DNA from: a virus
Taxonomy: Duplodnaviria; Caudoviricetes
Direction: 5' to 3' (one strand)
DNA: 64,000 nt
IMG/VR virus record: IMGVR_UViG_3300031555_003522
Span: 64,001 to 128,000 of that record
Shown here: piece after piece, positions 40,725 through 51,791 of the stretch
Layout of the letters: each line of letters starts with the position of its first letter
How positions within the stretch are numbered: the stretch's first letter is position 1
The notes under the pieces: model-generated
Database searches by the model: none
The model's input: only the letters and a program-made list of their open reading frames with translations
Told to the model about the DNA's origin: nothing
Made by a program: the position numbers and the translations under genes

Positions 40725-41273
40725 ATGCAAAAGATGAAAGTATATAGAATTGAATTGTGTGATAGAGGTAATTCAATAACTTATGAGCCTTATATCCCAA
40801 AGAGTGTTGCGCATTATGAGGATCATCATACTCCTCGTATTCCATGTGCACCTACAATATTAGGATGCTTAAGATCACTTCAGATCACCCAAAATCCCGA
40901 TATAGATAAACATCAACTCGATAATCACTATGTAAACCTATATTTATATGAGGCATATGTAGATGTAGAATTTCTTCATGCGCCTACAGAAACAGAAGTA
41001 TTTGATGCTTTCTTTACAGGAGAGTTATGGATACTAAATACAGATATCACTTTCTTTAAAGTAAGTGAGTATAGAATTAGAAAACATATGGAACTTCCTA
41101 ATTGTGCCTATAATAGATATGCTATTACTAGAGCGGATGGAGATGAGGTTCTTGATATGATAGCCACAGCTGCAGTATACGGAGATGAAACTACTTTTAG
41201 TTATATCGACTTTGATCCTGATCGTGCAGCTTCGGCTAGAGCTTATGCGGAGACTAATCAATTATATCCGTAA
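40725..41273 (+). CDS. Hypothetical, possibly ADP-ribosyltransferase-like
   Basis: VYR...P.IP...ED..TPRI...GCL...TGELW pattern; early promoter 40683. Confidence 0.45.
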   Translation: MQKMKVYRIELCDRGNSITYEPYIPKSVAHYEDHHTPRIPCAPTILGCLRSLQITQNPDIDKHQLDNHYVNLYLYEAYVDVEFLHAPTETEVFDAFFTGELWILNTDITFFKVSEYRIRKHMELPNCAYNRYAITRADGDEVLDMIATAAVYGDETTFSYIDFDPDRAASARAYAETNQLYP

Positions 41274-41352
41274 TCTTATAGTCTCCAAATAGCCTAATAA
41301 CAACTAATTAAGCGTTGTAAGACGTAAAACTACGAAAGGTGGAAGTATTAGA

Positions 41353-44300
41353 ATGGCTAAGCCTACTAAGAATAATGAAGCCACAAATTTTGAAGAAAGC
41401 ATTCGTAGTTATGGTGATAAGATCGAACACATTGATACCTTTGTAGAAGCTGTGCGCCGATTCCCGGGTATGTATATCGGTGCAAAAAGTGATACTGGTT
41501 GGAAGGCATGTGGTCGAGAAATTTTCCAGAATGCTGTTGATGAGATTATCCGTGTAGAATCTCCTTGTCACTACGTAAAGATGAGTTTTGATGAAAGAAC
41601 TCAAGCTGTGGTAGTAGAAGATACTGGACGCGGTATTCCTCATGGTAAAATTATTGAAATCTATGCTAGTCAGCATACTAGTTCTAACTATTCCAAGAAA
41701 CCCGGTGAGTATACATCTGGTGTTCATGGTGTTGGCTCTGGTGTTGCTATGGCATTATCAAAATCTTTTGATATCTATTCGTACGTGCTTGGTGAAGCTA
41801 GGCATGTACATTTTGATTCTGGTGTATTATGGCCTGAAGGGGAAAAGGTTATTCCTTGTCCTGAGGGCAGACAGGGAACTACTGTTGTCATGACACCAGA
41901 CCTTGATGTATTAGACGAAGTAAATCTTACTTGCGAAGATTTCCTTGATCTAGTATTGAAGGTATATCCTCTTGTCAATGTCGGTGATAGAATAGATTTT
42001 ACCGGTATTGATAGAGATGGTAAAATCAAGTATCAGGAAGAATTAGTGAATAAGGATGGTATTATATCATCTCTTATGGTTAGAACTCAAGCTCCTCTTG
42101 TAACACCAGTACAGTTTAAAGATGATACTGGTTACATGAAAGCTGAGATCGCCTTCACTTATGACTCAAGTGATTTAACGTCTGTAGAAGATATTGTAAG
42201 TTATGCAAACTTTACACCTACAACTGGCGGCACGCACGTTGCTGGTTTTATGGATGGTGTGTGTAACTTCTTCCGAAACTACATGAACAAGATTTATCTT
42301 GGTGAGAAGTCTAAAGTTTCTGTGGTAAATAATGATGTCAAGACAGGTCTTAAAGTCATTATTGCAGCTGCTCATCTGAATCCTGTATTTGCGGGTCAGT
42401 TTAAGGGCATTCTGTCAAATGAAGATATGTATAAATATATCAAAGATCTGACTATGAAATCTTTGGAAGAATGGTCTAAGACGAGTCCTGGTGATTTGCA
42501 AAAGATTTGCAAGTTCATCAAGGAGATTGCTGAGATACGAATGAAGAGTGATGATAGTAAGATCAAGCTATCTAATAACTATGAAGCGAGTTCTCTTACT
42601 GGTAAGCCAAAGAAATATGTCCCACCCTCTGGACATAAAAATCTGGAGTTGATTATTGTAGAGGGTGATTCTGCATTAGGTTCTACTAAGAATAGTAGAG
42701 ATACTGCAACGCAAGGCGTATTCCCTGAAGTGGACGGGGCATTGACTAGTAATAGTCAATCGTAAACTTCCTTAATTGCTGGGATGCTAAGTATTATATG
42801 AAAGCCTTAGAAACTTTTATATAATATATGCTAATCAGCAGCCAAGTAGAAATCGGAAGTGATGCACTATGTATAATCCAATTATCTTTAATAATGAAGA
42901 GTTTAAAGATATAGTAATTCCAAATGTTAAACCGATATATTCTGTAAGCAATTATGGTACTATAATTAATAAAATAACCGGTGAGCAGATTAGCATGCAA
43001 ATTACAAGTGATGGATATTTAAGAGTGGGTTTATCGTGTTTAAATGGTAATACCAAACACTTTCTTGTCCATAGATTAGTATTAATGGCATTTTGTCCAA
43101 TACCTAATCCTGAATCGTTCGAGGGAAATCATCTTAAAGGAATAAAGATAGATAATAGGGTAGAGGAATTAGAGTGGACAACCACGTTAGAGAATAATCA
43201 TCATTCTTTTGATACGGGGTTGAATAATAATATACGAGAAAATCATGCAAAAGCTAAACTCACCAATGATCAAGTTCATTTAATATGTCAATGCTTAGAA
43301 AAAGGAATGACTATTAAAGAGATAGAACCTTTGATTATAGATACAGGATGTATAGATCTTGGAAGAAATATAAGAGCTATACGAGAAAGAAAAGCATGGG
43401 TTACTATAAGTAAGGATTATTCGTTTAGTAGCAGAAACAATAGAGATATGTTTTGTGATGATGAAGTTAGAATTATCTGTAAAATGATAGAAGCAGATGC
43501 CGGATATAAGAATATTTTAATATCATTAGGAATAGATATTTCTACTTTATCTTCAAAAGAGCTAGCAAATTATTGTGATATAATAAGTAATATTAGAGTG
43601 GGTAAATATTACTCAGATATATCTAAGGATTTTGATTTTTCAAAATCAAAGTTATTTAGACATGACCAAACTTTAGATAATGATAAAATAACTAAAGTGT
43701 GCAAATGTTTAGAATCTGGTATGAGTAGTACTGAGATACTAAATAAGCTTAATATATCAAAAGAATCCGTAGGTTATGAGAAATATGATAAAAGTCGACG
43801 GATTATAAATAAAATTAGAGCTAGAAAAGCATTCATTTCAATCTCTAAAGATTATGATTTCTAAAGGTTCAACGACTATCGAAAGGTATCTTATGATGAA
43901 CCGAGTAGAGTAGAACTCAAGCGAGTTTCGAAATGGGAAGGATCCATATAAATGGATCGTGATATAGTCTCATCTGTATGGAAACATACAGCAGTTCATA
44001 AGAGAACGGTATAGAAGTAGCGACTCTATATGAAGATATTGATCCGTGGTAAGTTGCCTAATGCATTTAAAACATCTAAAACATCTTTCTTAGCAAATCA
44101 AGAAATTGCTTCCATTATCACAATTATTGGTTGTGGATATGGTAAGAATTTTGATATAACTAAGTGTAAATTCGATAAGATAATTTTCTTAGCAGATGCG
44201 GATCCGGATAAGGTTGTGAGCTGTCCGGCTTAATAGAAATATTAAGAAAATAACTCTCTTAATTGCTGGAATATCTTAAAAATTGAGACAATCAGCAGCG

Positions 44301-45526
44301 AAGCCTCTTATATGAGGAACGTTCAACGACTAGTCGAAAGACGTAGGGTTCAAGCGAGCTCGAAATGGAGAGCCCTTAACAGGCAATGCTGAAGGTGAAG
44401 ATATAGTCTAACCTACATGGTGACATGTAGCAGTTCATAAGAGAACGGTATAAGTTTAGCGAACTTATATGAATATTAGGGTTCACACATTAATACACTT
44501 CTGCTTAGATTCTTTATCATGTATCTGCCAGAATTGATTACAGCTGGTAGGGTTTATCGTGCTGTTCCTCCTCTGTTTGGTATTAGAGGTAAGGGCAATA
44601 GTATGAAATACTTTACTACAAAGCTTGATTTCACTAAATATGTCCAGAATTTGTTTGCTCACAATCATGTGCTTACAGATATTAATGGGCGTAGACTTAC
44701 TAGCAATGAAACTACAAATTTATTCTTTAAGAATATAGATTATAAAGATCAAATTGAATCTATTGCAAATACTTTTGCGGTAGATCCTGATCTATTAGAA
44801 TCTGTATTATATCATCTCGCAAGATTTGTTGAGATTGGTAATCCTGAAGCTGTCGCCAGTATGGCTGCAAGGGCTAAAGCCGTAAAGGCTACTAGTAAGA
44901 AAGCAGAAAGTGCGACAAAAAAGAAAACAGAGGGTGCTAGTAAGGCAAAGAAGCAGACCTCTAAAAAAGAAGAAGATATTTCTGATGATGGAGATTTTAA
45001 TATAGAAGATATTCCTATCACAGAAACATCTGTATCTGCATCTGTAGCTTATTACATTAAACCTACGTTTAATGCAAAAGCTCTGAGAACAGAACTGAAG
45101 AAGTTATACAGATTCGTTGATATCGTTGAAGATAATGGTGTCATTAGAATTGAAGGACTTGTCAATAGTAGATATCAATATGTATTTATTAATGATAAAT
45201 TTATAGCTTCTTGTATTCCCCTTATCGAGACCATTAAGAATAATACTGACTTGTATTATCGTGTAAATGATGAAGCTGTTAGTTTGTATTCCTTAATGTG
45301 TCAATTCGATAATATGATCCCATCCGGCCTGATTAGATATAAGGGCTTGGGCGAACAGGATCCAGATCAATTGGCTGTATCTGCACTTCATCCCAAGGGT
45401 GATAGAACTCTTATTAGATATACTATTGAGAGCGCTAAAGAAGAAATCGAAAGTCTTAGACGAATCGATTCTAGTATGGCATCCTTGCTTAGAGAAGTTA
45501 AAATTACTAAAGCAGAGATTGAATAA
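41353..45526 (+). CDS. gyrB: DNA gyrase/topoisomerase II subunit B, spliced (exons 41353-42726, 44042-44209, 44480-45526; about 862 aa)
   Basis: RRFPGMYIG, EIFQNAVDE, GVHGVG, VEGDSA; splicing restores FP|IRGK and DADPD|GSHI; RYKGLGE. Confidence 0.95.
42727..44041 (+). mobile_element. Group I intron 1 in gyrB with HNH homing endonuclease
   Basis: 5' exon ends in U paired to GGGG guide; AATTGCTGG, ATCAGCAGCC, GGTTCAACGACTA, GATATAGTC; ends in G. Confidence 0.92.
42869..43864 (+). CDS. NUMOD4-HNH homing endonuclease with three C-terminal repeats
   Basis: EEFKDI..YSVSNYG, VHRLV, NH..G.K.DNRVEELEWTT..EN..H; 3 x IC..LE.G...ISKD(Y/F).F. Confidence 0.9.
   Translation: MYNPIIFNNEEFKDIVIPNVKPIYSVSNYGTIINKITGEQISMQITSDGYLRVGLSCLNGNTKHFLVHRLVLMAFCPIPNPESFEGNHLKGIKIDNRVEELEWTTTLENNHHSFDTGLNNNIRENHAKAKLTNDQVHLICQCLEKGMTIKEIEPLIIDTGCIDLGRNIRAIRERKAWVTISKDYSFSSRNNRDMFCDDEVRIICKMIEADAGYKNILISLGIDISTLSSKELANYCDIISNIRVGKYYSDISKDFDFSKSKLFRHDQTLDNDKITKVCKCLESGMSSTEILNKLNISKESVGYEKYDKSRRIINKIRARKAFISISKDYDF
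44210..44479 (+). mobile_element. Group I intron 2 in gyrB (270 nt, ORF-less)
   Basis: P1 CCGGAU/GUCCGG; AATTGCTGG, ATCAGCAGC, GTTCAACGACTA, GATATAGTCT; ends in G before GGT TCA CAC. Confidence 0.92.
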
Positions 45527-45628
45527 TTTAATAGGGATGGAGAATATATTCTCCATCCCATTATTTTTTAATTAGATATTATATCTATAGAATAAGTCTA
45601 AATAATTATTTTTAAGGAGGAAATATAA

Positions 45629-46057
45629 ATGATTTATAAACTAAATGATCAAAATGTTTTAACTGAAGGTACAATATATCTTAGAAATGCTAATATAAAT
45701 AAAATAAGAATGTATAAATTTCATGTACTCGAAGGTGAAACTAATAGACATGGTCCAAGAATTAAGGTCATGCTAAAGGATAATGAAGTTGCGACATATA
45801 GGATTAATATACATAATGGAGATATTTCTCTAATATCTAGTAGTATAAATACAAATCATAGGTCCCATATAGAAGATGTGGTGAGAGAGGTATCGTATGG
45901 CTGTTATAAGCTTATATATGAATTATCTAAAAATAATTCAACTACAAACACTAAAATCATGCAATATTATACAGATCTAATAGTAAGCTCTCCTAGATAT
46001 GATATGCATAAAACAGCAGAAAGGATTAGGATTGAATTAGATGGTAAAATTTATTGA
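45629..46057 (+). CDS. Module 1 gene A (HGPRIKV motif; DUF4160/toxin-like)
   Basis: Paralog of 46757-47194; overlaps gene B. Confidence 0.7.
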   Translation: MIYKLNDQNVLTEGTIYLRNANINKIRMYKFHVLEGETNRHGPRIKVMLKDNEVATYRINIHNGDISLISSSINTNHRSHIEDVVREVSYGCYKLIYELSKNNSTTNTKIMQYYTDLIVSSPRYDMHKTAERIRIELDGKIY

Positions 46058-46667
46058 CAAAATATATATTCCAAGTGGTACAATATTTTATTATGATTAT
46101 TTTGGATTGAGTAGCCATACTTTAGAAGGCCTTATCGAAATGCTTCCTAAAGAAGAACCTCATAATTGGTATGATATACATGTACTCGAACCAGATAAGA
46201 AAATGGTTCCTTTAGATAGTGAATTAGAATATATGACATCGGATGCTAATGAATTCAGAAGAAAAGTAGAAAATGCTTCCAGATATAGAAGGCTTATACT
46301 ATCTGGTACTCTGGATGAAGTATTTATAGAAATATGTTCCATATTCTTACAAAAATATGGTGCCGAATTAAATTATTCATTTGATATGGGATATATGTAT
46401 GGAAACTATCCAAAATATTCAGATGGAGAACATGTGAAAGTGCCATATAATTCTTGGTGGGAATCAGATGGATATTATGACGATACCGAGCATGCCATAA
46501 TATTAAGAAAATGCGGTTCAGATATCGAATATCCGAGACCAGTATGTAAAGAAGGTTATATTGGTTATGCTGTATCCCCATCAAATAGTAATGGTGATAT
46601 ATTAGGAGATGCATATAATAATCTTATGACATTCCCTACTGCACTATTATCTAAGTTGCAAAAATGA
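46041..46667 (+). CDS. Module 1 gene B (acidic, aromatic-rich)
   Basis: Paralog of 47184-47873. Confidence 0.7.
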   Translation: MVKFIDKIYIPSGTIFYYDYFGLSSHTLEGLIEMLPKEEPHNWYDIHVLEPDKKMVPLDSELEYMTSDANEFRRKVENASRYRRLILSGTLDEVFIEICSIFLQKYGAELNYSFDMGYMYGNYPKYSDGEHVKVPYNSWWESDGYYDDTEHAIILRKCGSDIEYPRPVCKEGYIGYAVSPSNSNGDILGDAYNNLMTFPTALLSKLQK

Positions 46668-46756
46668 TATAAAGCGGTAGTCTTAATGGCTACCGCTTTA
46701 TTTTTTAATTGCATATTATAATCATGAATAAATACCTAATAAGGAGTAAAATAATT

Positions 46757-47194
46757 ATGATTTATAAAAATGAAGTAGATTTAATTCTTAAAGAAAACAA
46801 TTTCAAAATCGAGAATTTTAATGGAAGCGGTAATAGAATAGTAATACATCTGTTATCAGGAAGGGGCAGAAGTTTACCTCATGGACCTAGAATGAAAATT
46901 ATTCTTGGAGGAAGCACTACTGGATATTTTGAAATAAGACAACATACCGGAGAAGTAGTATATGATAAGAAATATTCTGATTTGAGTGCTAGTGAATTAT
47001 CCAATATACTTCCTGTTATAGAAGATATATCATATGGTTGCTATAGGGCTATAACAGCGTATTTCTATTTTGGCTCTTATAAAAGTGATTTGGAAGAGGC
47101 CTTACAAAGAATAGGATCTGCTAATAGATCTGAAAGAAAAAGATTAGCTAAAGAATATAGAGAAAGGTTTAGTAATATATCATATGAAAAATAA
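46757..47194 (+). CDS. Module 2 gene A (HGPRMKI motif)
   Basis: Early promoter 46712-46727, SD aaggag. Confidence 0.7.
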   Translation: MIYKNEVDLILKENNFKIENFNGSGNRIVIHLLSGRGRSLPHGPRMKIILGGSTTGYFEIRQHTGEVVYDKKYSDLSASELSNILPVIEDISYGCYRAITAYFYFGSYKSDLEEALQRIGSANRSERKRLAKEYRERFSNISYEK

Positions 47195-47873
47195 AAATTT
47201 AATATACATGCCTAAAGGCTGTATTTTTGGATGTAAATATTTTCATGAATACTCTAATAGTTTAGATAATTTGATAGAATATATAAAGAGTAGAGATACT
47301 TTATATTATCTCGGAGTTCCATTTCATGTAATATCTATATTTAATCCTAATCAGTCTGGTATGGTAACGAGATTCGAGTATAATTCTATACACGAATTAA
47401 GAATGAATATATCCGTATTTTGTAGGTATCGTGAATTGATAGTGTCGCCTAAATTTGATGAAGTATACGAAGAAATATGCTATTTTGAATATGAAAAAGA
47501 GCCGACTGTTGGAAGAGAAGAGAATATATCTTCATTTGATTTAGGCTTGATCTACGATCAATATCCTATTCCAGAAACTGGATTGGTCAAATTATGTGGG
47601 TTTGAAAATGCATCTGATTGGCCTATGCCTATGGAGAATAATTTTTACGGAATCGGATATCTATACGGAATATATGGAATGGAAGATCAGACAGGAATTT
47701 ATTCTGGGCTTGATTTAAATATAGGATGTTCTGTATATCCATATTCTATAAATAAAAATATGGAACCTATTTCATTTGAAGAAGCAGCAACTTTTACTAT
47801 TCCAATCGCTTTATTAAACTCAGATCCGGATGAGGTAAAAACACAACAGATTAAAGAATCATGTATTGAATAA
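47184..47873 (+). CDS. Module 2 gene B
   Basis: Paralog of 46041-46667. Confidence 0.7.
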   Translation: MKNKNLIYMPKGCIFGCKYFHEYSNSLDNLIEYIKSRDTLYYLGVPFHVISIFNPNQSGMVTRFEYNSIHELRMNISVFCRYRELIVSPKFDEVYEEICYFEYEKEPTVGREENISSFDLGLIYDQYPIPETGLVKLCGFENASDWPMPMENNFYGIGYLYGIYGMEDQTGIYSGLDLNIGCSVYPYSINKNMEPISFEEAATFTIPIALLNSDPDEVKTQQIKESCIE

Positions 47874-48004
47874 AGAAGGATGAAATAAAGTGGTAGCTTA
47901 GACATGCTACCACTTTATTTTTTATTTATATAATATAATTATGAATAAGAAATTTCATGTAATAAGACCACAAAAACATGAAAATAATTAGGAGGATGAA
48001 AACT

Positions 48005-48592
48005 ATGGAAAGAAAAACTAAGTTTAGTTGGAAGGATAAGTTTGCATATTTAGGATATTCTGATAAACAGATATCAGAATTACTCAAGTATCCAGTGCAT
48101 ATACTCCAGTATATCCATGAACGTGGTTATGTAAATCCAGATATGAATTGTGGACAAATCAAACAGGTTATACTTGGTATCACGAAAAACCATTTAAGCG
48201 TATTAGTGAAAGATTATGCTAAAAATGAATATTCTACAGCTCATATGAGAGTATTAAGGCTACTTCTGAATATAGGTATGAATTCTGATTATATTGCTAA
48301 ATATATGGACCCTAAAGTCCTAAATTATAAACAATGCTTTGTACTCGGTATGGTTCTCTTGTCATCTAAAGGAATCGGAGTAGATGCTCATATAGAATTT
48401 GTTAAAAATGCTCATAATCAGGTGAATGCACTTTATGATATCTATAATCGTAAAGTATCGTCAATTCAATATGATTATTTACAAGCAGATTTAGTGGCAA
48501 AGAAACTTATATCTAATTTTGATAAAAATTTCTATGCTGCACAAATAGAATATAATTTGGAATTAGTATCAGGAAAAGGAGATAAACAATGA
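48005..48592 (+). CDS. Helical-repeat hypothetical protein
   Basis: Repeated ..Q(I/M)..(V/L)..G pattern; SD aggagg. Confidence 0.6.
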   Translation: MERKTKFSWKDKFAYLGYSDKQISELLKYPVHILQYIHERGYVNPDMNCGQIKQVILGITKNHLSVLVKDYAKNEYSTAHMRVLRLLLNIGMNSDYIAKYMDPKVLNYKQCFVLGMVLLSSKGIGVDAHIEFVKNAHNQVNALYDIYNRKVSSIQYDYLQADLVAKKLISNFDKNFYAAQIEYNLELVSGKGDKQ

Positions 48593-49245
48593 TTTTTAAT
48601 AGTAATCTATTGAGTGACAATTTCGATACTGAACAGGTAATGGAGCTTAGAGATATTTATGAAAATGGATATATAAATCTATTTACATTTCTATCTGATC
48701 ATCCAGAGATAAATTCTGATTGTCTTTTTGAAATAAATCAAATAATCAGAAATAGAGAAACAACAACAGAAGAGACAATAAATACTATTATCTCCGTGCT
48801 TGATGTTTATACAATGCATATTTTAGAAAGTGGGGAGAAATGTTCATTTGATAGAATAAAGTATGGAATGTATGCCATTAAATCTGGTATGCAATATCCA
48901 TATATAGTATATCTCATGTGTACCAGTACTATTCCAGAAAGTAATATTGTGGATGTCTATGAGTGCTTTAAGAATAATATTACTTTAGCTCGTATCACCG
49001 AGACAATACGTATTTATTCTATATATACCAGTGATCAGATACGTCAAATATGCGGATGTCTTACCGATGTGAATAGTGGTAAATATGATTCTAAATTTAT
49101 AAGGATAATAAAAGATCCTTTAAATAGCGCAGATGATATGTATACTTTACGTAAAGAGACCGAAAAATTAGCTATATCATTACGTAGTATAAACACAATA
49201 TCCAAAAATTTATATTTGGATGTTTCTATAGAAGAAATAGTGTAG
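48589..49245 (+). CDS. Helical-repeat hypothetical protein
   Basis: F.EQVMELR / Y.DQIRQI repeats. Confidence 0.6.
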   Translation: MIFNSNLLSDNFDTEQVMELRDIYENGYINLFTFLSDHPEINSDCLFEINQIIRNRETTTEETINTIISVLDVYTMHILESGEKCSFDRIKYGMYAIKSGMQYPYIVYLMCTSTIPESNIVDVYECFKNNITLARITETIRIYSIYTSDQIRQICGCLTDVNSGKYDSKFIRIIKDPLNSADDMYTLRKETEKLAISLRSINTISKNLYLDVSIEEIV

Positions 49246-49320
49246 AATTATCCCCTATGGTTGACATCAACCATAGGGGCTACATTTTAATAAGAGTATT
49301 TATTTTTGGAGGAATTAAAT

Positions 49321-49995
49321 ATGATAGATAAAATTCTGAAAAGGATGAATTTATGTCGCGCAGAGGAACTAGAGGATGCTAATAATTTAATTAGTGTTTA
49401 TAAAAATGAATTTGCTAATTTTAATAGAAGGATTATAGAAATAGGTAATAATACAGACTTTTTAAGGAAGCAGCTAAATGCTGTACTTGGTAAAGAACAA
49501 GAATTACGTAGCGATCTAGCTGTTAGGGATGAAAAAATTGCCAAACTCGAACAAGAACTTCTTAATGAACTCAATCGTTCTACGGGTTATGAGACTAAAC
49601 TAAAATTTTATGAAGATGCTGATAGAGCTGGACTATTGATCAAGGCCCCTTGCTTGCCAGGCACTACCGTATATTGGGTTTCTGGAGGTTTCGATGAAAC
49701 TATAAAGCCTTATGCTATAGAATTCAGTGAAAAATTTGGATTTGCTATCATTGAGTTAACTGTAAGTACTATTATTAAAAATGATAAAGGATGTGTAGTA
49801 CTTATGGATACAACTTTTTGTATTAACAATATACCTTCTTTTCATATTGATGATTTTGATAGATTTATATTTACTAATCTTGATGATGCTAAATCTCTTT
49901 TTCATAAAATAATAGAAAATAGTACCCCTATGGAAAAATATCATACTAGTGGATATACACAAGCAATAAATGGAATGGATATAAAATTCTTATAA
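49321..49995 (+). CDS. Coiled-coil hypothetical protein
   Basis: Heptad N-half; GLLIKAPCLPGTTVY motif. Confidence 0.65.
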   Translation: MIDKILKRMNLCRAEELEDANNLISVYKNEFANFNRRIIEIGNNTDFLRKQLNAVLGKEQELRSDLAVRDEKIAKLEQELLNELNRSTGYETKLKFYEDADRAGLLIKAPCLPGTTVYWVSGGFDETIKPYAIEFSEKFGFAIIELTVSTIIKNDKGCVVLMDTTFCINNIPSFHIDDFDRFIFTNLDDAKSLFHKIIENSTPMEKYHTSGYTQAINGMDIKFL

Positions 49996-50218
49996 TAGAA
50001 TCTGAGAGTTCTAAAGTGGTTATCAGTTCTTAAGCCAATAGATATTTCAACATTCTGTATAAAGGATACTTATTTCTATTAAAATAGATGATGAATAGAG
50101 TATGGTAAATTACCATACTCTATTATTTTCGTATTTTCATACTTTTTTATTATATAGTATAATTATGAATATGAGATAGAAATATCTCATAAAATATACT
50201 TATGAGGAGATAATAATT

Positions 50219-50602
50219 ATGAAGATTCGTATCGAAATGGAACACAAGGAACTGTACAGCTATGCCGAGCTGGCGTCCGAAGTGGACAGCGACATCAACG
50301 TTCATGAATTCGTTGGTGAAGCATCCAAGAACATGAGAGCTACATCCAAGATGGTTTCCCTTACCAATACGCGCAACGATACCAACAATTCTGTTGTAAC
50401 AGAAATGACCATCGAAGCAGATTTGATCATAAAGATCATACGTAAGATGATGCCTATCATCAGCGCCTGCAAGATGATCGTAAGCATGATCACAAACTTC
50501 TTCGAAGATATCACTGATGATATCGGCGAGTCCAATGTCTGGATTGAGGGAGAAGACGATGAAGAAGAATCCAACGAGGATGAAACTGCCCACAATGAGT
50601 AA
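50219..50602 (+). CDS. Hypothetical acidic early protein
   Basis: SD gaggag; own promoter and terminator. Confidence 0.7.
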   Translation: MKIRIEMEHKELYSYAELASEVDSDINVHEFVGEASKNMRATSKMVSLTNTRNDTNNSVVTEMTIEADLIIKIIRKMMPIISACKMIVSMITNFFEDITDDIGESNVWIEGEDDEEESNEDETAHNE

Positions 50603-50728
50603 TAAATATGGGGATCTTGATGATCCCCATTATTTTTTTGTTAAAGTTGTTTGTATTAATTGTATAATATTCGGGTGATAAACAAAGTTGTTTATCTAAA
50701 TAACATAAATTTCAAAGGAGAATTACGT

Positions 50729-51133
50729 ATGGAAGTTTTAATTAAATGCGATCATAGGGAAGAGGCCGAACTCTACGGTATGGTATCTAAATTATGTCCA
50801 GATCTAAAGGATATATTTTGTGAAGATGTGGAAATAAGGTCATTGGATGTTAAATTCCATAAAGTAAATGATGAAATTGAATTATATATTTCTGAGGATG
50901 TATCTAGAATGATTATAAAAAAGATATCTTCTGCTGGAAGTGTATTCAAAATTATATGGACTATTATGAATAATTCCATTAATGATATCATTGATGAGAT
51001 GGGAGAATTTGACGTTCTGGTTAATGGAAAATTAATGAATACAGACTATAGTGGAGATGATGAAAATGAGGACTTTGGTTTCACATTTAGTGATAAAGAT
51101 CATATTCCGACTATGCAATTTGAAGGTGTGTAA
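50729..51133 (+). CDS. Hypothetical acidic early protein, possible paralog of 50219-50602
   Basis: Similar size and layout; own promoter and terminator. Confidence 0.65.
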   Translation: MEVLIKCDHREEAELYGMVSKLCPDLKDIFCEDVEIRSLDVKFHKVNDEIELYISEDVSRMIIKKISSAGSVFKIIWTIMNNSINDIIDEMGEFDVLVNGKLMNTDYSGDDENEDFGFTFSDKDHIPTMQFEGV

Positions 51134-51291
51134 TTAATGGGGGTCAATAGACCCCCATTATTTTTTAATAAATAACTCTAATATAACTTCAAATTAATGA
51201 GATTTAGTATTATTTAACATATTAATGGCATTACGTAATATTAAATCTAAAAATCGCGCCACATAATTATTTTATAAAGGAGAAGAAAACA

Positions 51292-51720
51292 ATGTATAAG
51301 AACAACAACCCCAAGGGTAATAACAACTTCAAGCCCGCAAAGCCTGTAACTAAGGTCATCCCTCTGGTAGCTACTGGCGATGCTGGCCATGGTAAGCAGT
51401 ATGATACCAATACTCTTCGCGATCTGCTTATCGATCTGACCAATTCTGAAGCTTTTAACAAGCTGTCCATCATGGCCACCATGCCTAAGGCTCTGGTTTT
51501 CGATAAGCCCGATGCTCGCGGCACCATTGGTGTTGCTCGTGTTAATGGCTATGATAAGACTAAGGATGAAATTACTGTAACCTTCTTCGGTAAGAATCTT
51601 CCTTATGCCGATAAGATCGATGATTCTATGGTAATTACCATCAAGGTTCATGCTGATCGTTCCGGTGTTGTAGATAGCCTACTGTCTTTCGATATCGTTA
51701 ATGCTAATGATGCAGAATGA
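51292..51720 (+). CDS. Hypothetical protein with high-expression codon bias
   Basis: SD aaggag; promoter 51216-51227. Confidence 0.75.
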   Translation: MYKNNNPKGNNNFKPAKPVTKVIPLVATGDAGHGKQYDTNTLRDLLIDLTNSEAFNKLSIMATMPKALVFDKPDARGTIGVARVNGYDKTKDEITVTFFGKNLPYADKIDDSMVITIKVHADRSGVVDSLLSFDIVNANDAE

Positions 51721-51791
51721 TTAATTACATAATCTCGTGTGTTAAATAAACACACGAGATTATTTTTTATTAAATACATAAACAATATAAT

